A DNA stretch of 64,000 bases from the human T2T-CHM13v2.0 reference genome, Homo sapiens. A model generated the notes under the pieces. That model saw only the letters and a list, made by a program, of their open reading frames with translations. It had not been told where the DNA came from and searched no databases. A program made the position numbers and the translations under genes. Position 1 is the stretch's first letter, and every line of letters starts with the position of its first letter. Shown piece after piece: positions 51,330-64,000 of the stretch. The stretch lies in NCBI RefSeq assembly GCF_009914755.1, contig NC_060926.1; one strand, given 5' to 3'.

Positions 51330-52320
51330 AAACAAAAAACATTCTGATGATTAAGATAAAGGTCTCAGGGAAAAGAGCTAACATATTAGAATATAAAGTA
51401 ATTATTAATTCAACATTACTCAATACCATGAATTACTGTTATGCTTTATGTTAACAGCTTAAAGAAAAAAATTATGGTCATACTGACACTAGTGGCTGAA
51501 AAGTCACTTGATTAATTTGGGACAAGCAGCTAATTATTTGAGAAAAAACAAAAGCAATCCCTCTACTTTAGATAATTCATCCAAATAAATCAATTTTAAA
51601 AAATTAAAATCATACTACAAAGTAAGAGCAAATAATTATATAATCTTGAGACTACACAAAGTATTTCTGAGCATCAAACTGAATGTCAATGTGCTAGAGA
51701 AAACTATTGATATATTGGACTATTAATTTAAAAGCATTTTTACCACTAAAACCTCTAAAATTAAATATCTAAGGAAAACATTTGCTATAACAATGGGAGT
51801 GTTAACTGTACTCTTACAAAACACTATTAAGATCACTTAATCACAGAAGAGATATAAATTAGAATTAAACATATGAAATTGTTTAACTTTTATAATCAAA
51901 AATTCCAATTGAATCTATAATGATCAACATGGAAATTGTTAAACTGTCAAAACTAAAAAAGATAATCATTTCTGGTGAGAATTTAGAGGAAGTTACCATC
52001 TCAGTATCTGATGGGGCAATGCAAATTGGGAAAAATTTTTCTGGAAAGTGATTTAGGACAGCCTATGTCAAAATCCTTAAAAATATGCATATCCTTTGAT
52101 CCAGTCAGTCATTTCACTGCTAAGAACTGATTTTTCCTGGAGGTGTGTTTGCAAAGATAAAAATTCATGAAGCTTTGCTTATCATAGCATTAAAAAAAAT
52201 GAAAACAAACTGTTTACCCAAAAGAGAACTGAGTACCTTCTGATATATCCCTAGTAACCAATAATATAAAACTATTAAAAGTTATTTTATTGTAAAAACT
52301 TTATTATCTAAAAATATATA
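51330..52320 (+). mobile_element. L1ME-like ORF2/3' fragments
   Basis: GCAAATTGG..TTTCTGGAAAGTGATTT..GCATATCCTTTGATCCAG. Confidence 0.6.
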
Positions 52321-52334
52321 GCAAACAAAAAGCT

Positions 52335-52590
52335 TAGCATAGCTTTTAGCTTAGGATTTAGCAGGCTCTGGAGCCCAAATGCCTAAGTTTTTTTTCCCAA
52401 TCCTACCTTTTATTACTATGCATTCTTGGGCAAGTTACTTAGCGTTTCTGATTCTCAGTTTGGTTATCTGAAACAGAAATAATGGTAGCAGTCTCATTAA
52501 ATTGTTTTGAGGGATAAACTAGTTCATAGATATAGAGGAACAGTGTCCCATATGCACTAAGTCCTTACAATATTTGATGTTATCAATAAA
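52335..52590 (+). mobile_element. MIR
   Basis: GGCTCTGGAGC..TTGGGCAAGTTACTTA..CTCAGTTT..ATCTG. Confidence 0.85.
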
Positions 52591-54438
52591 TATTGTAGAT
52601 CTAATTGAAAACATTACTTTTATCATAACCTTCTTCCATATCAAGGACATAGAGTGGCTTCTAAATGTATAGATGTTGAACCTAAATGCTTCCACTAAGC
52701 AGAAAACCCACCCTATTGTAAAGAGTAAACAGAAAATTCCTTGTGTATGGACACATTCAGATGCTTCTGGCTCTCCTGTGGCACCTCTCCCAGGCACTCC
52801 TGCTAGACATGGATCCTCCACTCCCTTGTCTTTCTTGGATCTGTGCCCAAAGCTGTTCTTATCACTAGACTACCTATGTCCTTCCTTGCCTTATCTGTTC
52901 TACACCTGGCCTTTAACACTCATAAGTCATGCTTTTTGTATGAATATTTCTCTCCCCTCTCCAGCTCATGAGATTTTTTTTTAAGTCTGACATTAAATTC
53001 TATGCCATATCCCCTGGTCTTTACAACATATTTTCCTTAGAGATATGACTATCTGATTCCCCTACTCCCCCAAAAACGTCCCCAAGAGTGGATTTAATGC
53101 TGCTTCTCTCAGGAATCCTCTTAGTACTCTATAAAGATATGATAGATACAAAATTAGCCATGCATTTAAATTTAAAGCACACCAATACTTAAATGTACAT
53201 TCAGACTTACAGCATCTGTGGTCCAATCCGCGGGAGTATTGGCTTTTCTAGAGGCAATCTCAGAAGGCTTCCAGACTGATTTTGATAGAGATGAAGAGCC
53301 CAGCCTCACACAATAGCAGGAATCAAATGGGAAATTTGTGAAATAAGATGCCTTCCTGAGATTTATGTCACGCTGTTCCTGTCTCTACAGAATCCACAGA
53401 TTTCTTCATATATTACAGAACTGTGCTTTCACTCTCTCATAAAAACTAAGGCGGAGAACATTTCAGAAAGAGACATGTGCAGTGTGTATTGGTTCCTAAG
53501 TTGTCTGAGAGCTTAGGAAGTCAGAGAATGGTCTCAGTTTAATCAGACCAACTTTTTTCATCACCCTTTCAAATAATTGGATGTATCTGCTGGTTGCGGG
53601 GGCCCCAAGAATTTCAAAGTCTAGCAAAACCTGATCAGCTTTACAGAGTTCTTCAGTACCTCTCAGACTAACTAACTACAAATAATTTTCCATTTATCTG
53701 AACCTGGTGACAATATCAAATCACATTATGTTCATGTGGAAAGTAATTGAAAGGTAACTCTTTAGCTCTGAATTCAGAAGTTGGTAAAAAGTCTAATATT
53801 TTCAAAAGCTGTATCATTTTGAGGAAGTGAAGAAAATCGCATTTTTCTGTCTTTCAAAAGAATCTAACAGTATCATTTATTGTATTTGTAAGTTATCTGG
53901 GCCGTGCTGCTATGATGTTAAAGGAACAAATTAAGAACACAAGGTTGAGAGATACAATGTGGCAGATTTCAAACAGGACAGCTGAGTACAGTATTACTTT
54001 TTTTTTTTTTTCCCCAAGGGTTGACGTAGTAGGAGAAATACATAGACTGGTAAATGCAACTGGAAAAAGAAGGTCAAGTAAAACAGCATTTCATCTGAAC
54101 AATGGTTAGGGATCCGTTCTTTTACTAATCCATCCATTACGTCATTTTTTTAAGTGTTTTATTAAGCAACCTTTGTTTTAGGAACTGAGCAAGCAGCAGG
54201 AACAAGGCAGATAAAGTCCCTGAGCTCATAGTGTCCAGCGAATAAAGAAAGAATGTATCTGGTCGTCTCATTCCCCAGGAATTAATGAGGAAGCACCAGA
54301 TGTCACTAGAATGGGAATGTCTTTGGGGAAAAGGCAAAATTGTTGGCTTCTCTGAGGGCACTTTCATTTTTCTACTTGTGTACTTGTTTTATCTTTCATA
54401 GAAAAAATGGGAGCTCCTCAAGAATAGGTTCTGTATTG

Positions 54439-54788
54439 CAGCAGTCCCCAACCTTTTTGGCACCAGGGAACAGTCTCATGGAAGACAAGTTTTCCATGGA
54501 CTGGCTGGGAGCATGGCAGGGAGGTGGGGGTGGATGGTTTCAGGATGAAACTGTCGCACCTTAGATCCCCAGGCATTAGATTGTCCTAAGGAGCATGCAA
54601 CCTAGATCCCTCACATGCGCAGTTCACAATAGGGTTCATGCTCCTGTGAGATTCTAATGCTGCCGCTGCTCTGACAGGAGGCAGAGCTCAGGCAGGCAGT
54701 AATGCTTGCTCACCTCCTGCAGTACGGCCCGGTTCCTAACAGGCCACAAACCAGTACCAATCTGTGGCCCTGGGTTTGGGTACCCTTG
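54439..54788. mobile_element. MER1B hAT-Charlie element, complete
   Basis: CAGCAGTCCCCAACCTTTTTGGCACCAGGGA..CCTAGATCCCTCACATGCGCAGTTCACAATAGGGTT..TTGGGTACCCTTG; 8-bp TSD CTGTATTG / CTATATTG. Confidence 0.95.
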
Positions 54789-55989
54789 CTATATTGGATC
54801 CATTTCATTATTATCTTAGCTCCTGGCCCAATTCCCTGCCTTGCAAGCCGCAAACACCTGCACCCATTAAAGACATTTGACTGTTATATATTTTTTGTAT
54901 TTCTTAGAGTATATATTCAATAAACATTAATGCAAGATTGTTATTTCATGTCTTTCTCATATTCCTATAGTTAATTGGCTCTACTTTTTCACCACTCACA
55001 TATTTCAGAATTCCTTGACCTCTGGATCTCATACTGACCATTGTGTGACCATTTCCAGAGTCTTCCTTTCAGGCATTGCTCTGCCTTGTCCTGTGTGATT
55101 ACTTCTTGCTCCTCCTGTACTTCTATAAACTACGACTTAGCTATCTTTGTGTCTTTCTAATTGTTTACTTTTTCTCTGTTGTATTTGATGCTTCTGTTCA
55201 ACTGCATTCAGTTCAATGCAATTCAATTCAGTTTAATTAATAAATATTTGAACAATTGCTATGTACTGGATACAGTCACCACCTCTATTTGGAATGCTCT
55301 AAAATTCAGTCCTCTGCTCTGTGATGGATCTAATCCAAAATTGTTTATTGAACATCATCTCCTGGGTGACTTGTCATCTCCCCATTCTCAGCACTTCTAC
55401 AATTAAATTTATCCTTTCACTTTAAAAATAAGGGCCTATCAAATTCTTAGGTGAAGGTGATGAACATTATTTAAGCAAGCAGTGTACAAATCATGTTGTA
55501 TTTAAATATTTCTTCAAAAATCTCCTTAAGTAAAACAATTTTATTTCACATGTGACTTACACCAACCACAAAGTGCTCTTAACTTGCTTTATCATTATTA
55601 TAATCTCTTCCACTGCAAGATGTACAGCATACATGGCTAGATTACAAAGATGAGTCAACTGTAATGACACTCCACTCCTACAGAAGCTCTTGTAGATCCC
55701 TCAGTGTGGGGTACAATAGCTTGGGGTGCAATACCTTTACCATCTTTGTCTTATTTACACTACTGCTATACATACGTTCCACATTCCAGAGAAAGTAGAG
55801 GTCTTCCTGATTGCTATGTGAGTTCTTGCTTCTGATTTTATCTTTACCTATTCTCCTCCTTCAGTGTGCTTACCACTATCATTCTGGGTATTAAAATTTC
55901 CACCTTTCCACCTTTTAGGCCCTACTTTAAATCACATATTATTAAGGATTATATACTATGGTGAAAAATAAATTTTAAAAGGGAAATAA

Positions 55990-56195
55990 AGAGCATGGTT
56001 TTTAGAAACATTGAGACTTGGATTAAATTTTAGATCTACCACTTTTCATGCTATGTGATTACTGAGAAATTGCTTAAAATTGTGACATTGCTCTGTGGGA
56101 ACAAATTCCTTATATTCAAAATGAGGATAATATCTACCTTGAACTTGAGTTAAGAAGGTGATTATATAGCACTACTTGATTGAAATAAATGTGAA
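55990..56195 (+). mobile_element. MIR
   Basis: AGAGCATGGTTTT..AGACTTGG..AAAATGAGGATAATATCTACCT. Confidence 0.75.
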
Positions 56196-57059
56196 GATAC
56201 ACGAGGGATGCTGGGTTTCAACTATCTTGGAATTTAGGAAATTATTGTTAAAAATTTAGGATGAAATTTAAACATTCACAGCACAATTGTGATCCTGGGA
56301 AAGAACAATTCATCTAGACAGAAAAAAAGTAGACATTTTCACCATGACTTGATACATTCGTAAACAAGTTGGCAGGTCATAAAACTCTCTATTTTTACCC
56401 CCAGAGATCCCTTACTACATGGGAGTAATTTCCGAAGTTTCCAGGGCCATTTCATTCCCGAAAACCTCTTCCTCCTACCCTCTAACATGAACGTCAACTT
56501 ATACATTTCGTCTGGAACCGAAATTCCAAGTTAAAATCATGGCAAATGGCTAAAATGGCTAGGCGGTGGACCTTAAATGATTTGTAAAAAGTGATGAATT
56601 CTATTGGTTTTAGATTTTGACATGTTACTTCTAGAAAAGGACTTCTAAATACATATTCTTTAGGTTTACTTACGTACACTAATTTTTTTTAAGCATACAA
56701 ACAAAACCAGATAGTGAGAACAGTTTCCATCAGGATTACAAGACACTGCAAATTTGCTAAACTGTTATACCTATCCACTGACCCTCCAGACAATGATCTT
56801 AGAAGCTGGACAAGATAAAAAGACTGAGTCAAATCCATGCCCCTACTTAACCATGTACCGCCAAATATTAACCACAGATTTACCTCTTTCAATTAAATGA
56901 CTAAATTTAAAAATAAGTACCTAAGAAAATATTTGACAACATAAAATTATACTGAGATTCTAAAGGATAATCTGGCCTTAAAAATCTTTACTCAAGGAAG
57001 CGAAGGAATCTTAGCATCATGTTAGTTTCTCAATAAAACTAAAACATGTACCTGCGTAA

Positions 57060-57140
57060 ACACACATACGCACACACACATACGCTTACATACACATATA
57101 CACACACACACGCACACACATACATGCATGCACATACACG
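57060..57140. repeat. Imperfect (CA)n
   Basis: Seen directly. Confidence 0.9.
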
Positions 57141-58314
57141 ATAAACAAAATCATATAAGTAGGAGAGCTGAAAGCATCCATATTGCCCAGTTTATCCAAA
57201 TTCAGTAATTTGACTCTACTACAGGCCTCTACTGGGTTTGAAGTTGTTATAAAGCTTGGATTTTCTCAACTTTATGTAAAAAAGAGTGTTCTTGTTGGTA
57301 TTTGGCAATTTTCTATGTTTTGATCCCTCTGAAAATTTATCCCAACCACTCTCTCTCTTCCAGAATTTCCTAAAAGTTTGTGCTTTGTACCTTTTCTTAC
57401 TTTCTATTATTTATATAAAAGTATTATTTCTGCAATTTCAGTTAACTTTTAGTGCAGAGAAAAGTAAAAAAAAAAAAAAAAGGGCTCAGTTTACAGTCTT
57501 GATCCAACTCCTCTGTTGTATGTTGGTTTTATATGCAAGAAAACAATAAATGTTACTCTTTAAATATAGCAATAATTAAAATTAAAGAAGGTAGTCATGT
57601 TAAAAAAACAGCTAAGTAGAATAGCTCACTTCTCAGTGATGATCAATATAATGAGGCATTTCTGTGCCATGAAAAAACAACAACTTGTAGAAAATTCCTT
57701 TTGAGACTCACATTGTAAATTACTTAATTTTTTACAATTTGTTTTTCTCCTACTCTATGCTACTCTTAAAAAGGAACTGTGGGTTTAAAAAAAACCATTT
57801 CTAATAACATAGTAACTGTGTGTGACTCTCTTCCCTGGGCATGAGGGGTCAACCTTTAATTTAAATATCAAGCATTTATTGTGCCACAATTGAAGAGACA
57901 GTAAGTAGCAAAATATCAGTTCTCATACAGTATTTTAAATCCATTCCAAAGTGAGAAGAACTATACTGCTAATATTATTTGCAAAACCTTTGCCAAATAA
58001 GATTAAAGCGTAAACCATATTAAAGCATTTGATGTGTACTGTAGCTAAATATACCATATCTATAGAAAATGTTGCATCCTCTGCCTCCAAATAATAAAAG
58101 CACATAGCAGGTGTTATTGTTTGGTCCCAGATATATAAAGACAACTAGGAATAAGCACACCCTTACCTGACACTTAAGCTTAGCACATTGTCACTACATA
58201 TTGTAGTTACTTGTGTACATGTATATGCATGTATATGTATATATACATTATACACATGTAAATGTATCCTTGCCTTGTTCACCTTTCATTAAAATAAGCA
58301 TAATAGGCCAAATA

Positions 58315-58712
58315 GTGTCTGTCTGTACTAAACTCCATTTCTACCCCTTGTTCTCTGTTCTGTATTGAGGAGGTTGGAAAATTAAAAATGACATTCTTTG
58401 GACTCCTTTTCCAGTTAGATTCTGATCAGTCCCCATCAGCAGAAGCAGCAGAAAAAGGATGGAAAAATTGGGGCTCAAAAAGCATTTGTAGGTAGGGTTG
58501 ATGCACTAGTTCTATTTTCTCTCTTTTGCTTCTCTAGTCCTAGAAGAAGGGTTTCAGATACTTGCCCCACTTTCTGATCTCTGGATTGTACCATTTCCTA
58601 GTGTTTCCTGTAACCCTTTCTAACAATTTTTAGATATATTTCTGTACCAAATTTTCTTCTGTTTGAAATTCTTAAAGTGGTTTCTATATTTTTGACCAGA
58701 TCCTGGCTGATG
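58315..58712 (+). mobile_element. LTR33-like ERVL LTR
   Basis: 3' end TCTGTTTGAAAT.CTTAAAGTGGTTTCT..TTTGACCAGATCCTGGCTGAT. Confidence 0.55.
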
Positions 58713-61327
58713 GATGTAATGAAGGCATGAACTATACTAGTTGAACAAGGAAATGAACTTGAACCAAATTGTGAAGTTCTCTGCAGTGAAATATTAAAGG
58801 TACAGATCAAAGCTTTCTCAGCAGTGTCCACTCCACTTGATCTTCTTGAAGCACAACTTTAACTGCTTTGTTGTAGCTGTCAGTCCTAGAGACCAAGTGG
58901 TAGAAGGGATAGATAGCTTATCTTCACTCTCACCACCTAATTACACCTCCTTCAACTGATTTCTTGGGCACATAACCTCTCAAACATTGCTTTTGTTACG
59001 ACCCTGATACTGCTTACTTCTATGCCTATAACAGATGTGGCCTTTACGTGGCCTTCTTATCACCAAAAAGCTTGAAGGATATGGACAAGAGTGATATGCC
59101 CTTTGAGTTAGTATCTGCTAAATGCAGGACTGGTTTCAGATGAGATGTCATATTTGTCATGTGCAGCATTGCCTGCCTGATCCACTTTGTCATACTACTT
59201 CTTCTAGTATGTGTCATATTATGTTAGGTTATGCCATCAGAGATAACAATAAGACACGCTATTACTAGAACAGGAACACATTGTTGCCATAGATTCAGAA
59301 AGCTCTGATTCTTATGTAGTCACCAGAGACACATGAGCTGGATCTTGTAGCAGAAAGTCCTGCGCCACCGAACAAAATATGCATCTTATTTTTTTCAAAA
59401 AAAAAAAAAAAAGTCAATAGACTTGAAGAAATCATGAGGGTAGTATTCTGGGGAAAACAACTCCATCAGTGTTGAATTCTGAGCTCCAGTGCCTCTTTAC
59501 ATTCAGCTCTTGCCTCACAGCAATGGCAGTCATTTGGGATAAATTGTGCCTTGATGCTATGGCACCAGACAGATTTGAAGGAGCATCTTTATACCTTTCA
59601 AAACGATCTTCCATTTAAATAGATAAGATGGTCTGGGTCTCGCCACTTTGATGCATATTTAGAATCAGAACGGATTTCTCTTTCAGTTGCCTGTGGAAGA
59701 CACATTTCTCCAAATCAATGTCTGGAATTGCTAAATAAATTTCAAAGAATAGATTTTTTTTTCTGACCTTATTTGAATGTCTAGACATTTGTGGATTATT
59801 GAATCTAAACCGTCTAAAACACCAGGCCCATGTTTTCCCCAACCAAATTTAACTTGTAGATTAAGAACACAATTATGAATTGTAAAGTCAGAGCTTCGGG
59901 GCCAGGCTTGTTGGAGGAGAACTGAGAAGTAGAAACAAAATAAATGATCACTTAAAAACCTTCTGACATGATGGAGAAAAAAAAAAAAAAAAACGGGGCA
60001 TAGACAATCAGAGAACAATCACTGACCAATTTATTGATGCTGATATTAGGGCAGGAAGAGTACAAAGGAGGGAAAGGGAAAGTCTAAGAAAGTTAATGTA
60101 ATTGGAATAGGGCTAATTAAACCTATTCACAGATAACACATATTTACATAAAACATGTTTCACATTTAGAGGCTACTCACCAGGTTTTTTTCATTTGAAA
60201 TTCAAACTATTGTAAGCCTGTTATATTCTATTAGTAATTGCTATTAGATGGTAACTTAAAGAACAATTATATGATGGTTCATAGGAGGAGGCTGTTATCA
60301 GCACACCTGGAAATGGTAAAAGGGATTCCTTCCCCATTTGTTCCTTGCAAGGAGCAAATTGCTGTAGGGACAGTCCAGTGGGAGGGGCCTCTTGAAGGGG
60401 TGAAAGTCCCAGCCTGTTGAATACCTTCACAGATTATTTCCCATTTTTAACAAGTATCTCCCTTATCATGAGAAAAAAAAATGTGATTTTTCCTTCTAGC
60501 CCATATTTAACCATCATATTTGTGCATATGATTGCAGCTCTGCTGAAAGGACTTGGGAGTGAGCTGCCAGGCTACAGGGGATTGAATCGAAAGCCCCCTA
60601 ATGGTTAAAGTGTCCATTAGCTTCTCTACACTTAGCATCCATCAGAGAGAAGACAGGCTGGGAGCCCCGGGCGAATTTCTAACTAGCCTAATGAGGAGAG
60701 AGATTCTGGGAGCAAAAAAAGTTCATTTGCTGAATTTCCAGCAAGAAGTCACTTCAATATTGCTTCTAGGAAACACTGACAGGCTTTGTTGGTAAGAAAT
60801 CATTATGCTGAGAGAGAAATGGGATATTGTTATATGACGTTTTTAAAGAAAATTCATTTTGATAGATGTCTAACTGTGCATTCAATTAAATTTCCTTCTC
60901 TTTCTTAAAAATAGATGTCAGGTAATTGTACTCAAGTTCTGTAAGCTGAAAAGTGTTATCCTTTCCTTCCAGTTATTAAAATTTCTTTATCAATAAGTGT
61001 CTTTCTTGTCTTAATCCTTTGACTATGGGGGGCCCTCAATGGAAATACATGGAGTTCTCCCCTCCTTGCCTGTGGATGTGTGCATGCCTTCCTGAAGAAT
61101 TAGTAAGGACTGTTTTTTTTTTTTTCTTTTTTTCTGGTAAAAACTGACTTCTGTATTTAAATTATGTAGGTTCCATGCTCCCAAAAATTGTTCTTAAAAA
61201 TCTATATGCATGACCATTTGCTAGACACAAGCCCTTGTAGTTATACAATCACAAGTCAGCATTATTCACCATGATGCCTCACTATTTCCTAACTATGTAT
61301 CCTGCCATTTGGGAATGAGCGTTTTGA

Positions 61328-61709
<382 letters not shown>

Positions 61710-61729
61710 CCTTGTGAAGCTTTTAACAA

Positions 61730-62600
61730 TGACCAACCTGATGTTCAAAGGATTTATCCCCTTCAAGATACCCTCTTACTCCCAGCAGATTCATCATTCT
61801 AAAATATAGCTTTGCAAATGTATACACACCTGCATCTGAAACATCTAAACCTCCAGTGGCTGTGCATCCCTCATCTGGAACAACCCACTTCTCGTTCTGA
61901 TTATCCATTTGCCAGCAATGTTACCCTCATGTTCCTGATCAACCAGACACCTACTCTTGGAGTCATCTTCATTTACCTTCCCATTTCTCCTCACATTCAT
62001 CAGAGCCACTCACTATATTCCCACTCATATATGTGAAGTCAATCAGAATTTTCCCTTCACAATATTGGTCTTATGTGCTCATGCTTCTCCACGGCAATTG
62101 CCATTTAATTAATTCAGACTCAGATATTTTGCCTTGACTATTTTCATAGCCCATTATTTGCTTGCCTTATTCCAAATAATTTCACAGATGGACAGCCATA
62201 TACATTTTGCTGAGATTAATTTCAACCACATTCCAATCAAACATTCCATGACTCTCTCACTGTGTACTGGAAACATACATCTTAGCATTTAACACTTTCC
62301 AAAATTTCATTGACACCTACATTCCAGAATTTACCTAGTACTTTTACATCAATGTATGATAAGTTCTCACAAATTATAACTATGCACTGCCATTGTTGTG
62401 TCCCACAGTGTTTTATATTTGTACCTCCACTCATATTCTCCACTTCAAGTGGAATGTCCTGTCTCCACTATCACCGCCATCAAAATATTAATCTGCTTTG
62501 AGACTTCTTTTCAAATTCCAATCATTTCATGAAGCCTTTGCTGATAAACCAACTAAGCAGAATTTCTTACTTCTCTGAGAAACAGCACTAATAGCACTTT
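61730..62600 (+). mobile_element. L2 fragment
   Basis: TTGGAGTCATCTT..TCACATTCA; TGGAATGTCCT; CATGAAGCCTTTGCTGA. Confidence 0.6.
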
Positions 62601-64000
62601 GTGGGCATGTCAAGTAGAGGAAAATGAAGAGTAACAGTAGGTCTTAGTTTCCACAACGGCGAGATTTCTAAACTCTTTCTTTCCAATTCTCACTCTTTGT
62701 GAACAAACGGTCTGTTGCATAATAGAGGACAGAAAAAGCATCACTTCAGAATGTCTTTATCAAGGGGAATGAGATCTCAAAAAAGGCTTTAGCGCCTTGG
62801 AGAGAAAACGGAGTGAGTTATCAGATCAAGCTAACTCAGCCTAGCTATTTCCCAACTTTCAATATGAAATTATATAGAAATGATGGGCAATTTGGGGCTT
62901 TCATTTAGGAAAGCAGTGGCACTAGGATTAAAATGTAGCAGGCAGGCTATTTCCAGAATTGAGTTAACTTTAACTCATTTCTAACCTTCCCATATAAAAA
63001 TAACAGACTGACTACTAACCTATACTTTTATGTTCATTGTCCTATTTGGCAATACCTCTGTAAAGATTTTTAAGAAACCAGAGAACAAAGACTGTGGCTG
63101 ACTTATCTCTATGTTCTAAGTCATCAAGAAGAGATAAGTAAAGATATTTGATAAATATTTACTAAATTAAAGTCTCCCCTGTCAGGCTACCCCTTAAATA
63201 TTAAGTATTACTAACAATTTATAGTGCACATCTTTGGTAAATAATGTGGCATTCCCTTTTATTTATATGGTACATGCAAACATCTTAACATAACATTAAT
63301 TCCTCAAGCTCAAGGTGTAAAGTGCATTCTTCCATTATTGTAGTATATGTCTCCACATATAGTGCCACAATGCCTAGCACAAAACCGAGATGGATCGGCT
63401 CAAGAAAGCTTATTTATTTGATGTTTCAATATAGTAAAAAAAAAAATGCTGTTTTTTAAATCTATTTTCAGATTAGCAAGCTAAACAGAGAAAAAGATAA
63501 CACTCAAGAAACTGCCTATATGTAAGAGATTCCTTTGAGAACTTTCAAATGGCTCCTTTCTACAAAAGACCTGAGAATACTTAACCCCCCACCACTAGCA
63601 CACTCAAAGCTCAAGGCAAATGCATTTTCAAGATTGACAGGGTCTTGGACTCTGAAAGTCTTTGGTGAGTATTGCCCTGCAAGTCTTAATACTCTACCAA
63701 ATGAGTAAGTACACTATTTTCTGAAAATATTTCAAAAGGCGACATTTTTCTCATGTTTCCACTACAACCACCCACCCTCCTTCTTTACTGGCTCTCCTAA
63801 TGATTCTTCCAACCCAGCAGTAATGCACCGTGGAATCAGGTGAATGGTATCAGTAGCTTCCGCCCTTCTTTATCATTGGCACTATCTAATGCACAGTTTC
63901 TTTCCTGATGCCATCTGCCAATAAGCCCAAATACGTCATCTTTCATCTCTCCAGAAACCACAGGCTGCTTTATTTAAGTGCTATTCTAGATTTTAATTTT

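Noticed and set aside
58712-59390. Possible ERVL internal remnant next to the LTR33-like LTR
   Set aside because: Similarity too weak to support by eye
59432-59614. 60-aa minus-strand ORF with a good Kozak context (MEDRFERYK...)
   Set aside because: No promoter, splice or homology support

Overview
This is AT-rich, CpG-depleted simian (very likely human) non-coding DNA, either intergenic or deep intronic. I can recognise no protein-coding exon, CpG island, tRNA or rRNA. The ORFs I can assign are Alu, L1, MaLR or microsatellite read-throughs; the rest match no protein I know. The window holds a full-length decayed 7SL RNA pseudogene, 6 Alus plus a FLAM/FRAM monomer, and L1 fragments of many ages. 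It also holds THE1, MLT1, MER21 and LTR33-like LTRs, DNA transposons (MER1B, MER5, MER45, MER58A, HSMAR2), many MIR/L2 relics, and repeat-free blocks that may be conserved enhancers. I see no evidence of a new multi-gene system. The most unusual signals are structural: (1) a TSD-flanked, 5'-inverted L1PA whose two pieces lie several kb apart on the L1 consensus; (2) two retroposon-tail microsatellites containing templated or inverted copies of neighbouring sequence; (3) an Alu with a 69-bp duplication of its B box; (4) a symmetric, open-frame 141-nt candidate exon. Repeat subfamily calls come from recalled consensus sequences, and boundaries of old repeats are approximate.
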